Positions 38,255 to 51,217 of a stretch of 64,000 nt of DNA are shown here, in pieces (position 1 is the first letter of the stretch; every line of letters begins with the position of its first letter). Origin of the DNA: Malacoraja senta (taxonomy: Eukaryota); the NCBI GenBank assembly GCA_038087875.1, contig JAXLNO010000341.1, positions 1 through 64,000 of the forward strand. The letters are read 5' to 3'. The notes under the pieces are model-generated. The model did not search any database. It worked only from the letters and a program-made list of their open reading frames with translations, and was not told the DNA's origin. A program made the translations under genes and the position numbers.

Positions 38255-41200
38255 AATGAGAAGTTGGAATGGAGGGTGGTGTGGGAAAGGTTAGTGGATA
38301 CAATAGGCAAAAAGCTGGAGAGCGAGGAAGGAGGGTTGGCTTAAACTGCACGGAGTTTAATTCAAGGGGCTTGACGGGTAAGGCAGATGAGCTTAGGGCG
38401 TGGATAGGTATGAGCGACTGGGACGTTGTAGCCATGACAGAAACCTGGTTAAGGGAGGGGCAGGACTGGCAGCTCAATATTCCAGGGTACAAGAGCATCT
38501 GGAGAGACAGGGGTGAGGAAAAACGAGAAGGGGGAGTTGCATTGTTGGTTAAGGAGGATGTCACGGCTGTGTGTTCAGAGATGACATTATGGACGGTTCG
38601 TCTATTGAGGCTATATAGGTGGAGCTGAGGAACAAGAAAGGGATGATCACCTTGTTGGGGTGTACTACAGACCCCCAAATAGTCAACGGGAATTAGAAGA
38701 GCAAATGTGCCGGGAGATTGCAGACAGCTGCAGGTCAAATAAGGTTATTGTAGTAGGGGATTTTAACTTTCCCAATATAGACTGGGAAAATCATAGCGTG
38801 AAGGGTTTAGATGGGGTGCAATTCCTCAAAAGTGTTCAGGAAAGTTTTCTTAAGCAGTATGTGGAGGGCCCCACACATGAGAGGGCAACGCTGGATCTAG
38901 TATTGGGTAATTGGGAATGAAGTGTGAAGTTAATGAAGTGTTTGTGTAGGAGCCTTTTGGGACCAGTGACCACAGTTCGATTAGGTTTAAGATAGTTATG
39001 GATCGGGACGGAGAGGGTCCAGGTGTAAAAATGCTCAACTGGGGTGAGGCCAACTTTGAGGGTATGAGAGAAGGTCTTGCTCAAGTTGACTGGAGCAGGT
39101 TATTTGAGGGGAAAGTAACATCGGCCAAGTTGGATGTTTTTTAAAGTGTACTGAAGAGAGCTCAGGATGTGTACGTCTCCGTTAGAGTGAAGGGCAAAGC
39201 AGGCAAACGTAAGGAAGCTTGTCTGGCGAGGGAAATTGAGACGTTAGTCAAAAATAAGAAGGATGCATGGGGCAGGTATGGGCAGCTGAGATCAAGTGCA
39301 TCCCTGGAGGAGTTTCGGGAACTAAGAAGCAAACTAAAAAAAGGAGATCAGAAGGGCAAAAAGGGGCCATGTTTATAAATACATTAGGGGGAAAAGGGTA
39401 ACTAGAGAGAGAATGGGACCTCTCAGGAATGAAAGCAGTCACCTCTGTGTGGAGCCACAGGAGATGGGCAAGGTCCTCAATGAGTATTTCTCCTCTGTAT
39501 TTAACGAGGAGAAAGACAGTAGGACGGAGGAAATTGGAGCAATCACTGGAAGTGTCTTGAGAGCAGTCAGGGTTACCATCGAGGGAGTACTGAAGGTAGT
39601 GTCGTGTTTGAAGGTAGACAAATCTCCGGGGCCTCATCAGATATATCCGAGGACATTGGGGGAAACTAGAGATTAAATTGCGGGAGCCCTGGTTTAAATT
39701 TATGAGTCATCCTTAAATATAGGAGAGGTGCCAGAGGATTAGAGGGTGGCAAATGTTGTGCATCTTTTCAAGAAGGTCTTAAGGGAAAATGCTGGAAACT
39801 TAACATCTGTAGTTGGTAAGTTACTGGATAAAATTCTGAGGGACAGGATATATAGGTATTTGGATGGGCAGGGTTGATTAGGGACAGTCAGCATGGTTTT
39901 GTAAATGGGAGGTCGTGTCTCACAAATCTGATTGATTTATTTGAAGATGTGAGCAAAGAGGTTGATGAAGGCAGAGCTGTAGCTGTTGTGCATATGGACT
40001 TTAGTAAGACGTTCGACAAGGAGCTGCATGGTTGGCTGCTCTGGAAGGTTAGATCTCATGGGATCCAAGGAGAGATAGCTGAATGGATAACAAATTGGCT
40101 CCATGGAAGGAAGCAGAGGGTGATGGTGGAAGGTTGCTTCTCAGAATGGTGTGCCACAGGGTTCGGTGCCGGGCCCGTTACTGTTTGTCATCTACATCAA
40201 TGATTGTGATGAGAACATACAGGGCAAGATTAGCAAGTTTGCTGATGATACAAAAGTTAGTGGTTTTGCAGATAATGAAGATGGTTGTGAACGATTGCAG
40301 CAGGATCTGGATCGATTGGCCAGGTGGGCGGAGGAATGATTGATGGAATTTAATACAGAGAATTGTGAGGTGTTGCATTTGGGACGTCGAACAAGGGCAG
40401 GATCTTCACAGTAAATGGTCGGCCTCTAGGTAGTGTTGTAGAGCAGAGGTATCTAGGAGTAATAGACAATAGACAATAGGTGCAGGAGTAGGCCATTCGG
40501 CCCTTCAAGCCAGCACCGCCATTCAATGTGATCATGGCTGATCATCCCCAATCGGTACCCCGTTCCTGCCTTCTCCCCATATCCCCTGACTCCGCTATCT
40601 TTAAGAGCCCTATCTAACTCTCTCTCTCTCTCTCTGGAAGTGCATGGTTCCATGAAGGTTGAGTCATAGGTAGATAAGGTGGTCAAAAAGGCTTTTGGCA
40701 CTTTGGCCTTCATCAGTCAGAGTATTGAATATAGAAGGGTTTCGGCCCGAAACGTTACCTATTTCCTTCGCTCCATAGATGCTGCTGCACCCGCTGAGTT
40801 TCTCCAGCATTTTTGTATACCTTCGATTTTCCAGCATCTGCAGTTCCTTCTTTAACACCTATTGAATATAGAAGTTGGGAGGTCATGTTGCAGTTGTATA
40901 TGATATTGGTGAGACCGCAATTAGAATATTGTCTTCAGTTTTGGGCACCATGTTATAGGAAAGATATTGTCAAGCTTGAAAGGGTTCAGAAAAGATTTAC
41001 GAGGATGTTGCCAGGACTAGAGGGTGTGAGCTAAACGGAGAGGTTAAGTAGGCTGGGTCTCTATTCCATGGAGGATGAGGGGAGATCTTATAGAGGCATA
41101 CAAAGTCATGAGAGGAATAGATCAGGTAGGTGCACAGAGTCTTTTACCCAGAGTAGGGGAATCGAGAACCAGAGGACATAGGTTCAAGGTGAAGGGGAAA

Positions 41201-41470
41201 AGATTTAATAGGAATCCAAGGGGTAGCTTTTTCACACAAAGGGTGGTGGGTGTATGGAACAAGCTGCCAGAGGAGGTAGTTGAGGCTGGGACTATCCCAT
41301 CGTTTAAGAAACAGTTGGACAGGTACATGGATAGGACAGGTTTGGAGGGTTATGGACCAAGTGCAGGCAAGTGGGACTAGGGTAGCTGGGACATTGTTGG
41401 CTGGTGTGGGCGAGTTGGGCCGAAGGGCCTGTTACCACACTGTATTAATTTATGACTCTATGACTCTATG
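38255..41470 (+). mobile_element. CR1 LINE with near-complete but degenerate ORF2 (AP endonuclease + RT)
   Basis: [77 protein letters not shown] and a (GACTCTAT)n tail. Many stops; nested insertions at 40461-40635 and 40738-40859. Confidence 0.95.
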
Positions 41471-41869
41471 AGAACATCAATTCCATGGACCTCAGTTTGC
41501 TATCTCGCTTTGTGTGGGACTTTATCAAATGCCACCTCATTATCTTCTCCAATGATACGAGAAAATCATCAGCGATTCAATTTGAAACCAAAGGTAGACA
41601 TAAATGCTGGAGAAACTCAGCAGGTGAGGCAGTATCTATGGAGCGATGGAAATAGGCAATGTTTCGGGTCGAGACCCTTCTTCAGAAGAAGGGTCTCGAC
41701 CCAAAACGTTGCCTATTTCCTTCACTCCATAGATGCTGCCTCACCCACTGAGTTTCTCCAGCATTTTTGTCTACCTTCGATTTTCCAGCATCTGGAGTTC
41801 CTTCTTAAACAATTTGAAACCAATGGTACTTTCTTATTAAACTAAATAAAGATAAGTAAATACGGTGGG

Positions 41870-42610
41870 GGGGTGTTTGGCATGCTTGCCTTCATCGGTC
41901 AGGGCACTGCGTACTGTAGATGGGACATTATGTTGCAATTGTAAATGTTATTGGTGAGACAATACTTGGAGTATTGTGCACAGCTCTGATCACACCGCTA
42001 CAGGAAGATATCATTAAGCTGGAGAGGATGCAGATAAGGTTCATGTGGTTGTGACCGGGACAGAGAGAGAGCTAGATAGGGCTCTTAAAGACGGCGGAGT
42101 CAGGGGATATGGGGAGAAGGCAGGAACGGGGTACTGATTGGGGATGATCAGCCATGATCACATTGAATGACGGTGCTGGCTCGAAGGGCCGAATGGCTTA
42201 TTCCTGCACCTATCGTCTATTGTCTATTGTGGGCTTGGAGCAAAGGAGACAGATAGGTAACTGTACAATGGTTTATAAAATCATGAGGGGCACTATTAAG
42301 ATGGACAGTAAAACTAGAGGGCATAGCTTTAAAGTTTAGGTAAGAGGGGAAAGATTTAATGGAAACCTGAGAGGCATGTTGTTCACACAGAGAGCGGGGA
42401 TAATATGGAACGAGCTGCCAGAGGAAGTGGTAAACACAACCTTTTGAGAGACATTTGAACAGAGTCATGGATAGGAAAAGTTTAGAGAATGCGGGCCATT
42501 GGAGGCAAATGGGACTGGCTCAGGAAGGCATCTTGGTCAGCATGTACGTGTTGGGCTGAAGGACCTGTTTCTGTGTTGTATAATATAATAACTTTGTGAC
42601 TCGATGACTC
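41870..42610 (+). mobile_element. CR1 LINE 3' fragment with a nested LINE tail
   Basis: Homologous to other CR1 3' ends. The insert at 42062-42228 ends in (TCTATTG)n. Confidence 0.8.
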
Positions 42611-45600
42611 TAAAGAAAAATTAACAACAAGAAGTGCATTCTTGATGTAGCCTACTTTGAGCCTAACCAATTCTGTCCAAATCTACAGTAAAATATTTGT
42701 AGGACAGACACAGAGAGTGATTGGTTGCAGGCTGCAGTTATTTAAGTGGTACACACATATGTAATATCATATAATCAAAAATAAAAGCAGACAATATTGA
42801 AAATACTCAACAGAACAGATGAAAAGCTCAATGATCTGAAAAACTGACGCTTTCAAACTGCCTGTCCTGCATTTTCAGCATTTTTGTGTTTATTTCAGAT
42901 GTCCAGTAGCCATTGTTTTTCCGCTGTTCAATTGCATCAGCTATATTTGTTAAAAATGAAAATCCATTCAGACAACTGCTTCATTCCCTATATCCGTCTC
43001 TTATATTATCTTGTCAAAATATTCTGTCATGTTAGTCGAACATGATTTACAGTAGCTTTAACAAATGTATGCTGGCTTTCCCTTTTTTGTTTTAAGTCAG
43101 ATATTTTCCAAATGCCCATTAACATTACCCCAAATTTATAATTACCACAGAGGGTGGTGGGTATGTGGAATGAGCTGCCAGATGAAATAGTCGAGGCAGG
43201 TACAATAACAACATTTAATGACATTTGGACAAATACTTACAGTAGATGGGAAATGTTTATGGCACTATCTTGGATGTGGCAACATTGTCAACATGGATAT
43301 GTCGGGCCAAATGGCCTGTTTCTTTGCTGTGTGACTTAAAATGCTTCCACAGCATTCAAAGTTAGTTTTCGGTTAAGACATTTGGTAATTGTTTGGCATA
43401 ACATTACATCCCTATTTCTCAATCTCCAAATTGAAAGATTGTGGGGAAACCCATCTGCAATCTCCAACTCCATTTCCCTAGCAACCTTAAAAGCATCTCA
43501 TCCAGATCAAGTATCTTCTTTATTTTACACACAAGGCTTCCTAATAATTACTCCTTATCAGTTTCCACTACATCCATTATCACTGCCAACACTACAGTAC
43601 TTCTGTTGAAATATTGCCAACAACTTATTCCTGGTTAATGACCTATACAAAATACTAATTCAATATTCTCATCTATCCTCCATCAAGAAGCACAGATTAC
43701 CTTCATGATCCCTAACTGGCCACAGCTATCTTCTTACTACCTGCTTATTATTCACAAATTGCCTACAGAGAGCTTTTAAGTTACTTTTTTTAATGTTAAC
43801 TGACATCCTTTTCTCGTATTCACTCTTTGTCCACCCTGTTCTCCTTTTCATTCCTCTCTCATGTCACCATATTTAGCCTGATTCTCAAGTTTATTCATTC
43901 GACATGCTTAATTCAACCTACTTTTTTATATTTCACAATATTTTATATCACGTATGTCACTGAAGAAACTCTGGCTTTGGTCCCCCTATTTTCCCTTCTC
44001 TGGAAATGTACCTCATCTGTACATGAACCATTTCCTTTTTCAAGGGCTTTCATTGTTCTATTACAGTTGTACCTGCCTGACTTAGGCCAGATCTCCACCC
44101 ATTCCATTGAAGTTAGTCTTCCTTCAAATGATCTTTTGTTTAGTTTGCTCCTTGCTCTTCTTCACCATTGATCCTGTGTTTTTCAGTTCTACTGTTACAC
44201 TTGGCCCACTTTGCCCTTCTCAATATCCAATATCAGATCCACCAAAGCCTTATCGGTATGAGAGAGCTTCCCCATGCACTTTTCTGAAATGTCTTCCTCC
44301 CTGTCCTCCTCCACACTTTACCTTCCGCTGTAACATTTACACCAATCAATAGGTGAATAACGATAGAATAATGAAAGGCATGGATAGAGTGAATGTGGAA
44401 AGGATGTGGTGGGAGAGTCTAGGACCAGAGGTCATAGCCTCAGAATTAAAGGGCGCTCTTTTAGAAAGGAGGTGAGGAGGAACTTATCTTTAGTCAGAGG
44501 TTAGTTAATCCGTGAAACTCATTGCCACAGAGGGCTGTGGAGGCCAACTCAGTGGATATTTTTAAGGTAGAGATAGACAAATTCTTGATTATAATGGGTG
44601 TCAAGTGATATGGGGACCAGCCATGATTGAATGGCAGAGTAGACTTGATGGGCCGAATGGCCTAATTCTACTCCTGTAACATGTGAACTTGTAAATATCA
44701 AGATAGGAGAATATCCCAATATCACTACTCTACAATTCTTCCACAGTCTACATTTCCATTATAGATTTGTTTCTTTATTTCCTTCTCACTACTTGTTGGC
44801 CTTTAGTACACCTCTGGCAATAAAAAAACAGATAAAGCCAGAATCACTCACCAGGTCAGACTACATCTGTGAAAAGTTAAATTTATTCCAAGTTTCAGGT
44901 CATCAGAACTGGAAACCTGAGAAAACAAGTTAGTTTTAATTTGCAGAACGGGTGGACGAGGGAGGGATTGGACAAAGGGAAAATCTCTGTAGGGTGAGCT
45001 CCAGATTACTGAGGTGATTTTCATCTGCATTGAGTCATTTGGTTCATAGATTATTGGCAGCATTTAGGATAAAAACAAAAGGAACATGTAACAAACTTTG
45101 ACGTAGTTTCTAGCTTTGTTCCCTCAAGGGCATCCTATTTTCCCAGCAATGTATCTTCCGTAAAGAAATGTGTATGAAGGAACTGCAGATGCTGGTTTAA
45201 ACCAAAGATAGACACAAAATGCTGGAGGCAGCATCTTTGGAGAGGAGGAATGGGTAAGGTTTTGGGACGAGACTCTTCTTCAGAATGCTGAGTTACTCCA
45301 GCATTTTGTGTCTATCTTCCTTAAAGAATTACCTTTCCAATTCCCTTTTCACCCTTCTCTATCTTTTCTAAGCACTTTATATCCATGAAAATTAAGTTCC
45401 CATTCCTGAACCTTTTTGTGCTATACTTCAGTTATCACATATTCACATGGTTTGTAAGGTTATTTGTGCTTTCAGTTCACTAAGTGTATTTACTATACTC
45501 TGTGAACCCACACATATACATTCTAAACCAACTTCAACCTTTCTTGTTATCTTACAGTCTGCTACTCACAAGGAGCATAGAAGGGGTAAATCCCATAGCA

Positions 45601-46299
45601 GAGGTGTTTACAATTTAAGGACGTATGTTTTAGGTAAGGACTAGGAGATTTAGAGGGGAATGGAGAAAGATTTTTTTCTTACCCACAAGGTGGTAGAAAT
45701 CTGGAAACCATGGGTTGAGGTGGGGAATGCAGGTATTCTCACTACTTTCAAGAATTGATTTGATGAATACTTGAAATGCCATATTATAGAAAGCCAAAGG
45801 CTGAATACTGGAAAATGGGATTATGGAAACAGACTCTTCAGCCATTACATCCTTGCTGACCAGCAAGTGCATTTCTATGCTGATCCCATTTACCAGTTCT
45901 TGAACAGTCACGTTCTCTTGCTTGTGCCCAACTAGATACGTCTGAAAAAAGGTCCCAACCCAAAATATCACCTATACATGTTATCCAGAGTTGCTGCCTG
46001 ACCCGCTGAGTTACTCCAGCAATTTGTGTCATAAGAAACATAGAAACATAGAAAATAGGCGCAGGAGGAGGCCATTTGGCCCTTCGAGACTGCACCACCA
46101 TTCATTTTGATCATGGCTGATCATCCACAATCAGTACCATATGCCTGCCTTCTCCCCATATTCCTTGATTTTCTTTACAGTCCTTTATTTTAGATAATTC
46201 TGAGAATATCTGCCCCCCACCCACTTAGACAATCAGATTGCAATTATCCTCTTGTGAAAACATTCTCGTGCACATTTAACTTCAAATCTCCTGCCTCTA

Positions 46300-49200
46300 A
46301 AGATGATCTACTCTGGTTTTATACATCTCTCCTCAGGAGAAAAGTAACCTTCTCAGAATTTTGCATACCTCCATAGGTTCCCACCCATCCCAAACCCCTC
46401 CCAGCCTACTCTGCTCCAAGGAAAACAAACCCAGCCGAGCCAGTCTCTCCACATAACACCTCAGGTAACCTCACGGTGAATCTCCTCTGTACTTCTCTTT
46501 CGTTCAATCACATCATTTCTGTAGAGTTGTGTCCAAAACTGTACAGAATACTCTGGCTATAACCTAACCAGTTTGTTCAAAGTTCCTGCTCCTACATTCT
46601 ATGCTCTACCTACTGAACCAAATATCTCCTGTGCTATCTTCACCTCCTTTTCTACCAGTTCTACCATCTTTAGGAATCCTTGGACTTGTTCAGACAGGTT
46701 TCGCTGTCTGTCCATAATCTTCAAGGCCATTGTGTATATCCTGCCCTTATTAATCTACCCAGAGTGCATCGTCTTGTACGTATTAGAATCAAATTGTATC
46801 TACCAGTCCTCCGGCCACCTTACCAACTGATCAATATCATCCTGTAGACCATGACTATTCTGCTCAGTATCAACAATACTATAATTTTCATTTGCAAACT
46901 TTCTCATTGTGTCTCTTGCATTATCATCCAAAATGTTGGTAGATATAATAAAATGGGTCCCAAACATTGATCCCTGTGATATTCAACTGATCCAAACATC
47001 CAATTACAAAAATATCCCAGCCACCCATTACTAAGCCAATTTTCGATTCAATTTGTCAACTTACCCTGGACTCCATGCTAACCTAAGATAGACACAAAAT
47101 GCTGGAGTAACTCAGTCAGCATCTCTGGAGAAAAAGAATAGGCAACATTTTTGGTCAGAACCCTTCTTCAGACTCAGAGTTGGGGGGGGGGGGGGGAGGG
47201 CAATAAACTGGAGGCGAAAAAAGGCCAGAAGAAATCAGGGCTGGCAGCAGATAACCTCAGGAAGGGTGGAGCACATAATGGTCCATTGTTGACTTTTACA
47301 CCAGGGTGGCTCCACAATGGCTGCCTTGCAAACAGTCTGGCACGTCCTTTTCCTTCTTTGTTGTTTTTCGTATGTGTTAAATGTATGTTTTAGTGTTCTT
47401 TAGCTTTGTTTTATGTGGGGGTTGGGGGGTTGGGGGGGGGGGTTGTTGGGGGAAACTTTTTTTAATCGCTTACTTCGACGGAGATGCAATTTATTTTTCC
47501 GTATTGTATCTCCGTCCGCGCTGCGGCCTAACATTGTGGAGCTGGCGGTCCCTTTGCCAGGGATCGACCTCGGAGCTCCAACCACGGGAGCCTGCGGACT
47601 TAACAACGTGGAGCTAGTGGACCCTGGTTAGGGACCGACTTCGGGAGCTCCAGGCTGCGGGAGCTTCGATCACCCCGACGCGGATGGTTTGACTGCCCCG
47701 TCCATGGGAGAATAAAGAGGAAAGAAGATAAGACTTTATTGCCTTCCATCACAGTGAGGAATGTGGGGAATCCGCTGTGGTGAATGTTTATGTTAACTTT
47801 TATTTAGTTGTGTGTCTTCTTGCTTTTTTTAGTATGGCTGTATGGTAAATCGAGTTTCACTGTACCTAATTGGTACATGTGACAATAAAATACCTTTGAG
47901 TCTTCTTTGTGGGACATTGTCAAAGGCCTTCCTAAACTATATGCATGCTATATCAATCACATTGATCTCATCAAATACATTTTGAGATTGCTTTGAAAAA
48001 TTCAGTCAAATTGATTAGTCAGGAACTTCCACTAACAAAATCATGCAAGATAGAGTTGTGGAGTTATAGAGTGATAAAGTGTGGAAACAGGCCCTTCGGC
48101 CCAACTTACCCTCACCGGCCAACATGTTCCAGCTACACTAGTCCCACCTGCCTGTGTTTGGTCCATATCCCTCCAAACTTGTCCTATCCATGTACCTGTC
48201 TAACTGTTTCTTAAACGTTGGGATAGTCCCAGCCTCAACCACCTCCTCTGGCAGCTCGTTCCATACACCCACCACCTTTTTTGTGAAAAGGTTACCCCTC
48301 AGATTCCTATTAAATCTCTTCCCCTTCACCTTGAACCAATGTCCTCTGGTCCTCGATTCCCCTACTCTGGGCAAGAGATTCTGTGCATCTGCCCGATCCA
48401 TTCCGCTTATGATTTTATACACAGATAGTCACAAGACAAGATCACAAAGACTGTCATTTTTTCAAATTTAGAGATACAGCATGTAAATGGGCCCTTTAGC
48501 CCACCGAGTCCATGCTGACCATCAGTCACCCATTCACACTAGTTCTATGTTATCCCACTTTCTCATCCACTCCCTACACACCAGTGGCAATTTACATGGG
48601 CCAATTAACATACAAACTCGCATGTCTTTGGGATGTGGGAGGAAACCAGAGCACCTGGAGGAATCCCACGTGGTTACAGGAAGAACATGCAAACTCCATA
48701 AAGGCAGCACCCGAGGTCAGGATCAAACCTGGGTCTCTGATGCTGTGAGGCAGCACCACTGTACCATCCTGAATTAATCACCACCTTTACAAGTGAAGAT
48801 CAATCCTCTCCCTCAGATTGTTCTTGCATGAACTTGCTCGCCACTGACATTGTACAGCCAAGCCGGTAAGTGCCTGACTGATCCTTGTGCTGGTCTTCAT
48901 GAAGAAGGATATCACATTTGCCGCTCCCCCAGTCATCTGGCACCTCACCTTTGACTGACAAAGATTTAAAAATTCCAGTCAAATTGTACTAGCATTTTTC
49001 TCTGTGTCCTCCCTAGCAGCCTGGGATACGTCACATTCAGCCTTGGAGATGTATCCATCTTTACAACACTAAGATTTCTTATACCTTTTCTACATACAAT
49101 ATGTTCGAGAATTTCACAGGCCCTCCCCCTGAAACATTCAACAACGTTTTCAGCTTTGCGAACACGGATAAGAAATATTATTTTGGGACCTCATCAGTGC

Positions 49201-49350
49201 CGTCTGGCATCATGCACAGATTGCCATTTGGCCTCCAATAAATCTTGCCCATAATATTAATATAAATTCTTGGAAATGTTCCTTAGATTTGACTGCCATT
49301 GTTAATTCGTGCCCTCAATTTGGTGTCCTAATTTATTTTTAAAGTTTCCT
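46300..49350 (-). mobile_element. Cluster of antisense CR1 fragments (old host plus a younger 3' end at 48050-48422)
   Basis: ORF 48138-48422 gives YKIISGMDR...RTRGHWFKVKG...WNELPEEVVEAG. GEVPDDW at about 48940. Decayed RT sequence at 46300-47080. Confidence 0.75.
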
Positions 49351-50409
49351 AGGTACAGATGGTTCTTAAAGGTGTAAATTCCTGGCACAGACCCTGTGGG
49401 CCCACTTCTGTGCTTCTATGAGGCCATTGTTAAATTATGCTTTTCCACCTTTCTATTTTTTCTACCAAAGTTATTTGTTTCTCCAAATATATCTCACTTA
49501 TTTTTATAGATACATTGTCCCGAATTTCGAAAATGGCACAGAAAGTGGAGGAAATTTGTTCCAACTGATATGAAAGTACTATCGAGACGATACATTGTTA
49601 GATTGTCTGAATCTTGACTGTCAATCGTACGTTCATAAGTTCATAGGTTATAGGCCTACAGAATTAGGACATTCGGCCCATTAAGTCTATCATGGCTGAT
49701 CGATCTTTTCCTCTCAACCCCATTCTCCTGCCTTCTCCCCATAACCCCCGACACCCGTTCTAATCAATAATCAGTCAATCTCTGCCTTAAAAATATCCAT
49801 TGGCTTGGCCTCCACAGCCTTCTGCAGATTCACCACCCTCTTACAGATCAAATCTGCCTACATTTCAGTAGGCTGGGTAAAATGATGCATTGAAGCTTGG
49901 AAAGAAAGGATGGTATAAGAACATCTTTAGCCAAACATATATGGTGATGCTGGAGTCCTGCACTGTTGTTGGTGTTGTTCTGCAGATAAGTTAAAATGAA
50001 GTTCTGTCTGTCTTAGAAGACTATTCCCAGGAAGAGAAGGATTATGCACTCTGACTTTATTAGACTGTGTACAAGTTAGCCGTTCTGATTCTTTCATTAT
50101 GATTAGGATTATGAAGTATTAAAAATATTTCACCTACTCTGAAGCACTTTGAAATTTCTCTGAGGTTGGGAAATATGTTTGTATAAATGAAAGAGCCTTT
50201 CATCGATTTAGAGGTCGAAGAATACTGCTTGATATTGCTAGGTGAAGGCAATTGGAAGAAGTGTTTTGTACTGTTGTGTGGGAGCAATATCAACACCTTG
50301 AGATTTTTAACTGAAATCTTTACACGTTCTCGTTTGAAATATTACAAGTGGCATTTAGAGAACCGAGTCGGTTTGTATTCATCTCCGTTGCCTGGGAAAA
50401 TCCCCTAAG

Positions 50410-50780
50410 GGAGGAAGGGGGGGAAGAGGATGGGGAATGAAAGAAATCCAGCTAAGGGGAGGGGATGAAAGAAATCCAGCAGATGGGGGGGGGGGGGGGG
50501 AGATGCAAGAAATCCAGCAGATGGGGGAGGGTGAAATCTAGCAGATGGGGGAGGGGGGGGTGGAAGAAATCCAGCAGAAGGGGGGGGGGGAGATGCAAGA
50601 AATCCAGCAGATGGGGGAGGGTGAAATCTAGCAGATGGGGGAGGGGGGGGTGGAAGAAATCCAGCAGAAGGGGGAGGGAGAGAGATGCAAGAAATCCAGC
50701 AGGGTGGGGGGAGGAAAGAAATCCAGCAGAGGGGGGGGGGGGGAGAAGAGTGAAAGAAATCCAGCAGAAGGGGGAAGGGA
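50410..50780. repeat. G-rich minisatellite upstream of ELOVL6
   Basis: About ten units built on (AAG)AAATCCAGCAGA + G-run, with a duplicated higher-order block. Confidence 0.9.
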
Positions 50781-50891
50781 GTGGAACAAATTTAGCTGAC
50801 GGGAGGGGAGTGGAAGAACCCATGAGAAGATGCGGTGGTGGGCGGGCGCTAGGATTGCGTGCAGCAGAGGTTGGTGGCACTGCCTTGACAG

Positions 50892-50892
50892 A

Positions 50893-50939
<47 letters not shown>

Positions 50940-51052
50940 GGGAAGAGAAGAGAAGGAAGTGAATGCTTCTGAGCTGCAAACGCGCGGTTCCAAGGCTGAC
51001 AATCAATCACGGTAACGCGGGCACACAGCAGCAGCAGCAGCAGCAGCAGCAG
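50892..51052 (+). repeat. (TG)n(GA)n and (CAG)8 repeats in the ELOVL6 promoter/5' UTR region
   Basis: TG/GA run at about 50892-50935 and CAG run at about 51027-51052. Confidence 0.85.
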
Positions 51053-51134
51053 AGGCGGCAGAAACAGCAAGAGCAAGGCTTAAGTTCTCACAGCCAACAC
51101 TTGGTACAACAACACTACTCCTCAACCTGGAAGC

Positions 51135-51217
51135 ATGTCAGTGCTGGCGCTGCAGGAATATGAATTCGAGAGACAATTCAACGAGAGAGAAGCCATTCAG
51201 TGGATGCAGGAAAACTG
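51135..51217 (+). CDS. ELOVL6: Very-long-chain fatty acid elongase 6, first coding exon
   Basis: Translates [27 protein letters not shown](W), matching the known ELOVL6 N-terminus ([30 protein letters not shown]). Ends TG|GTGAGC, a phase-2 donor. No further exon was recognised in the window. Confidence 0.92.

Noticed and set aside
50410..50780. CRISPR-like repeat-spacer array
   Set aside because: The spacers are G-runs rather than unique sequences, the context is vertebrate, and there are no cas genes.
50452..51006. 165-184 aa ORFs upstream of ELOVL6
   Set aside because: They are products of the minisatellite and GA repeat.
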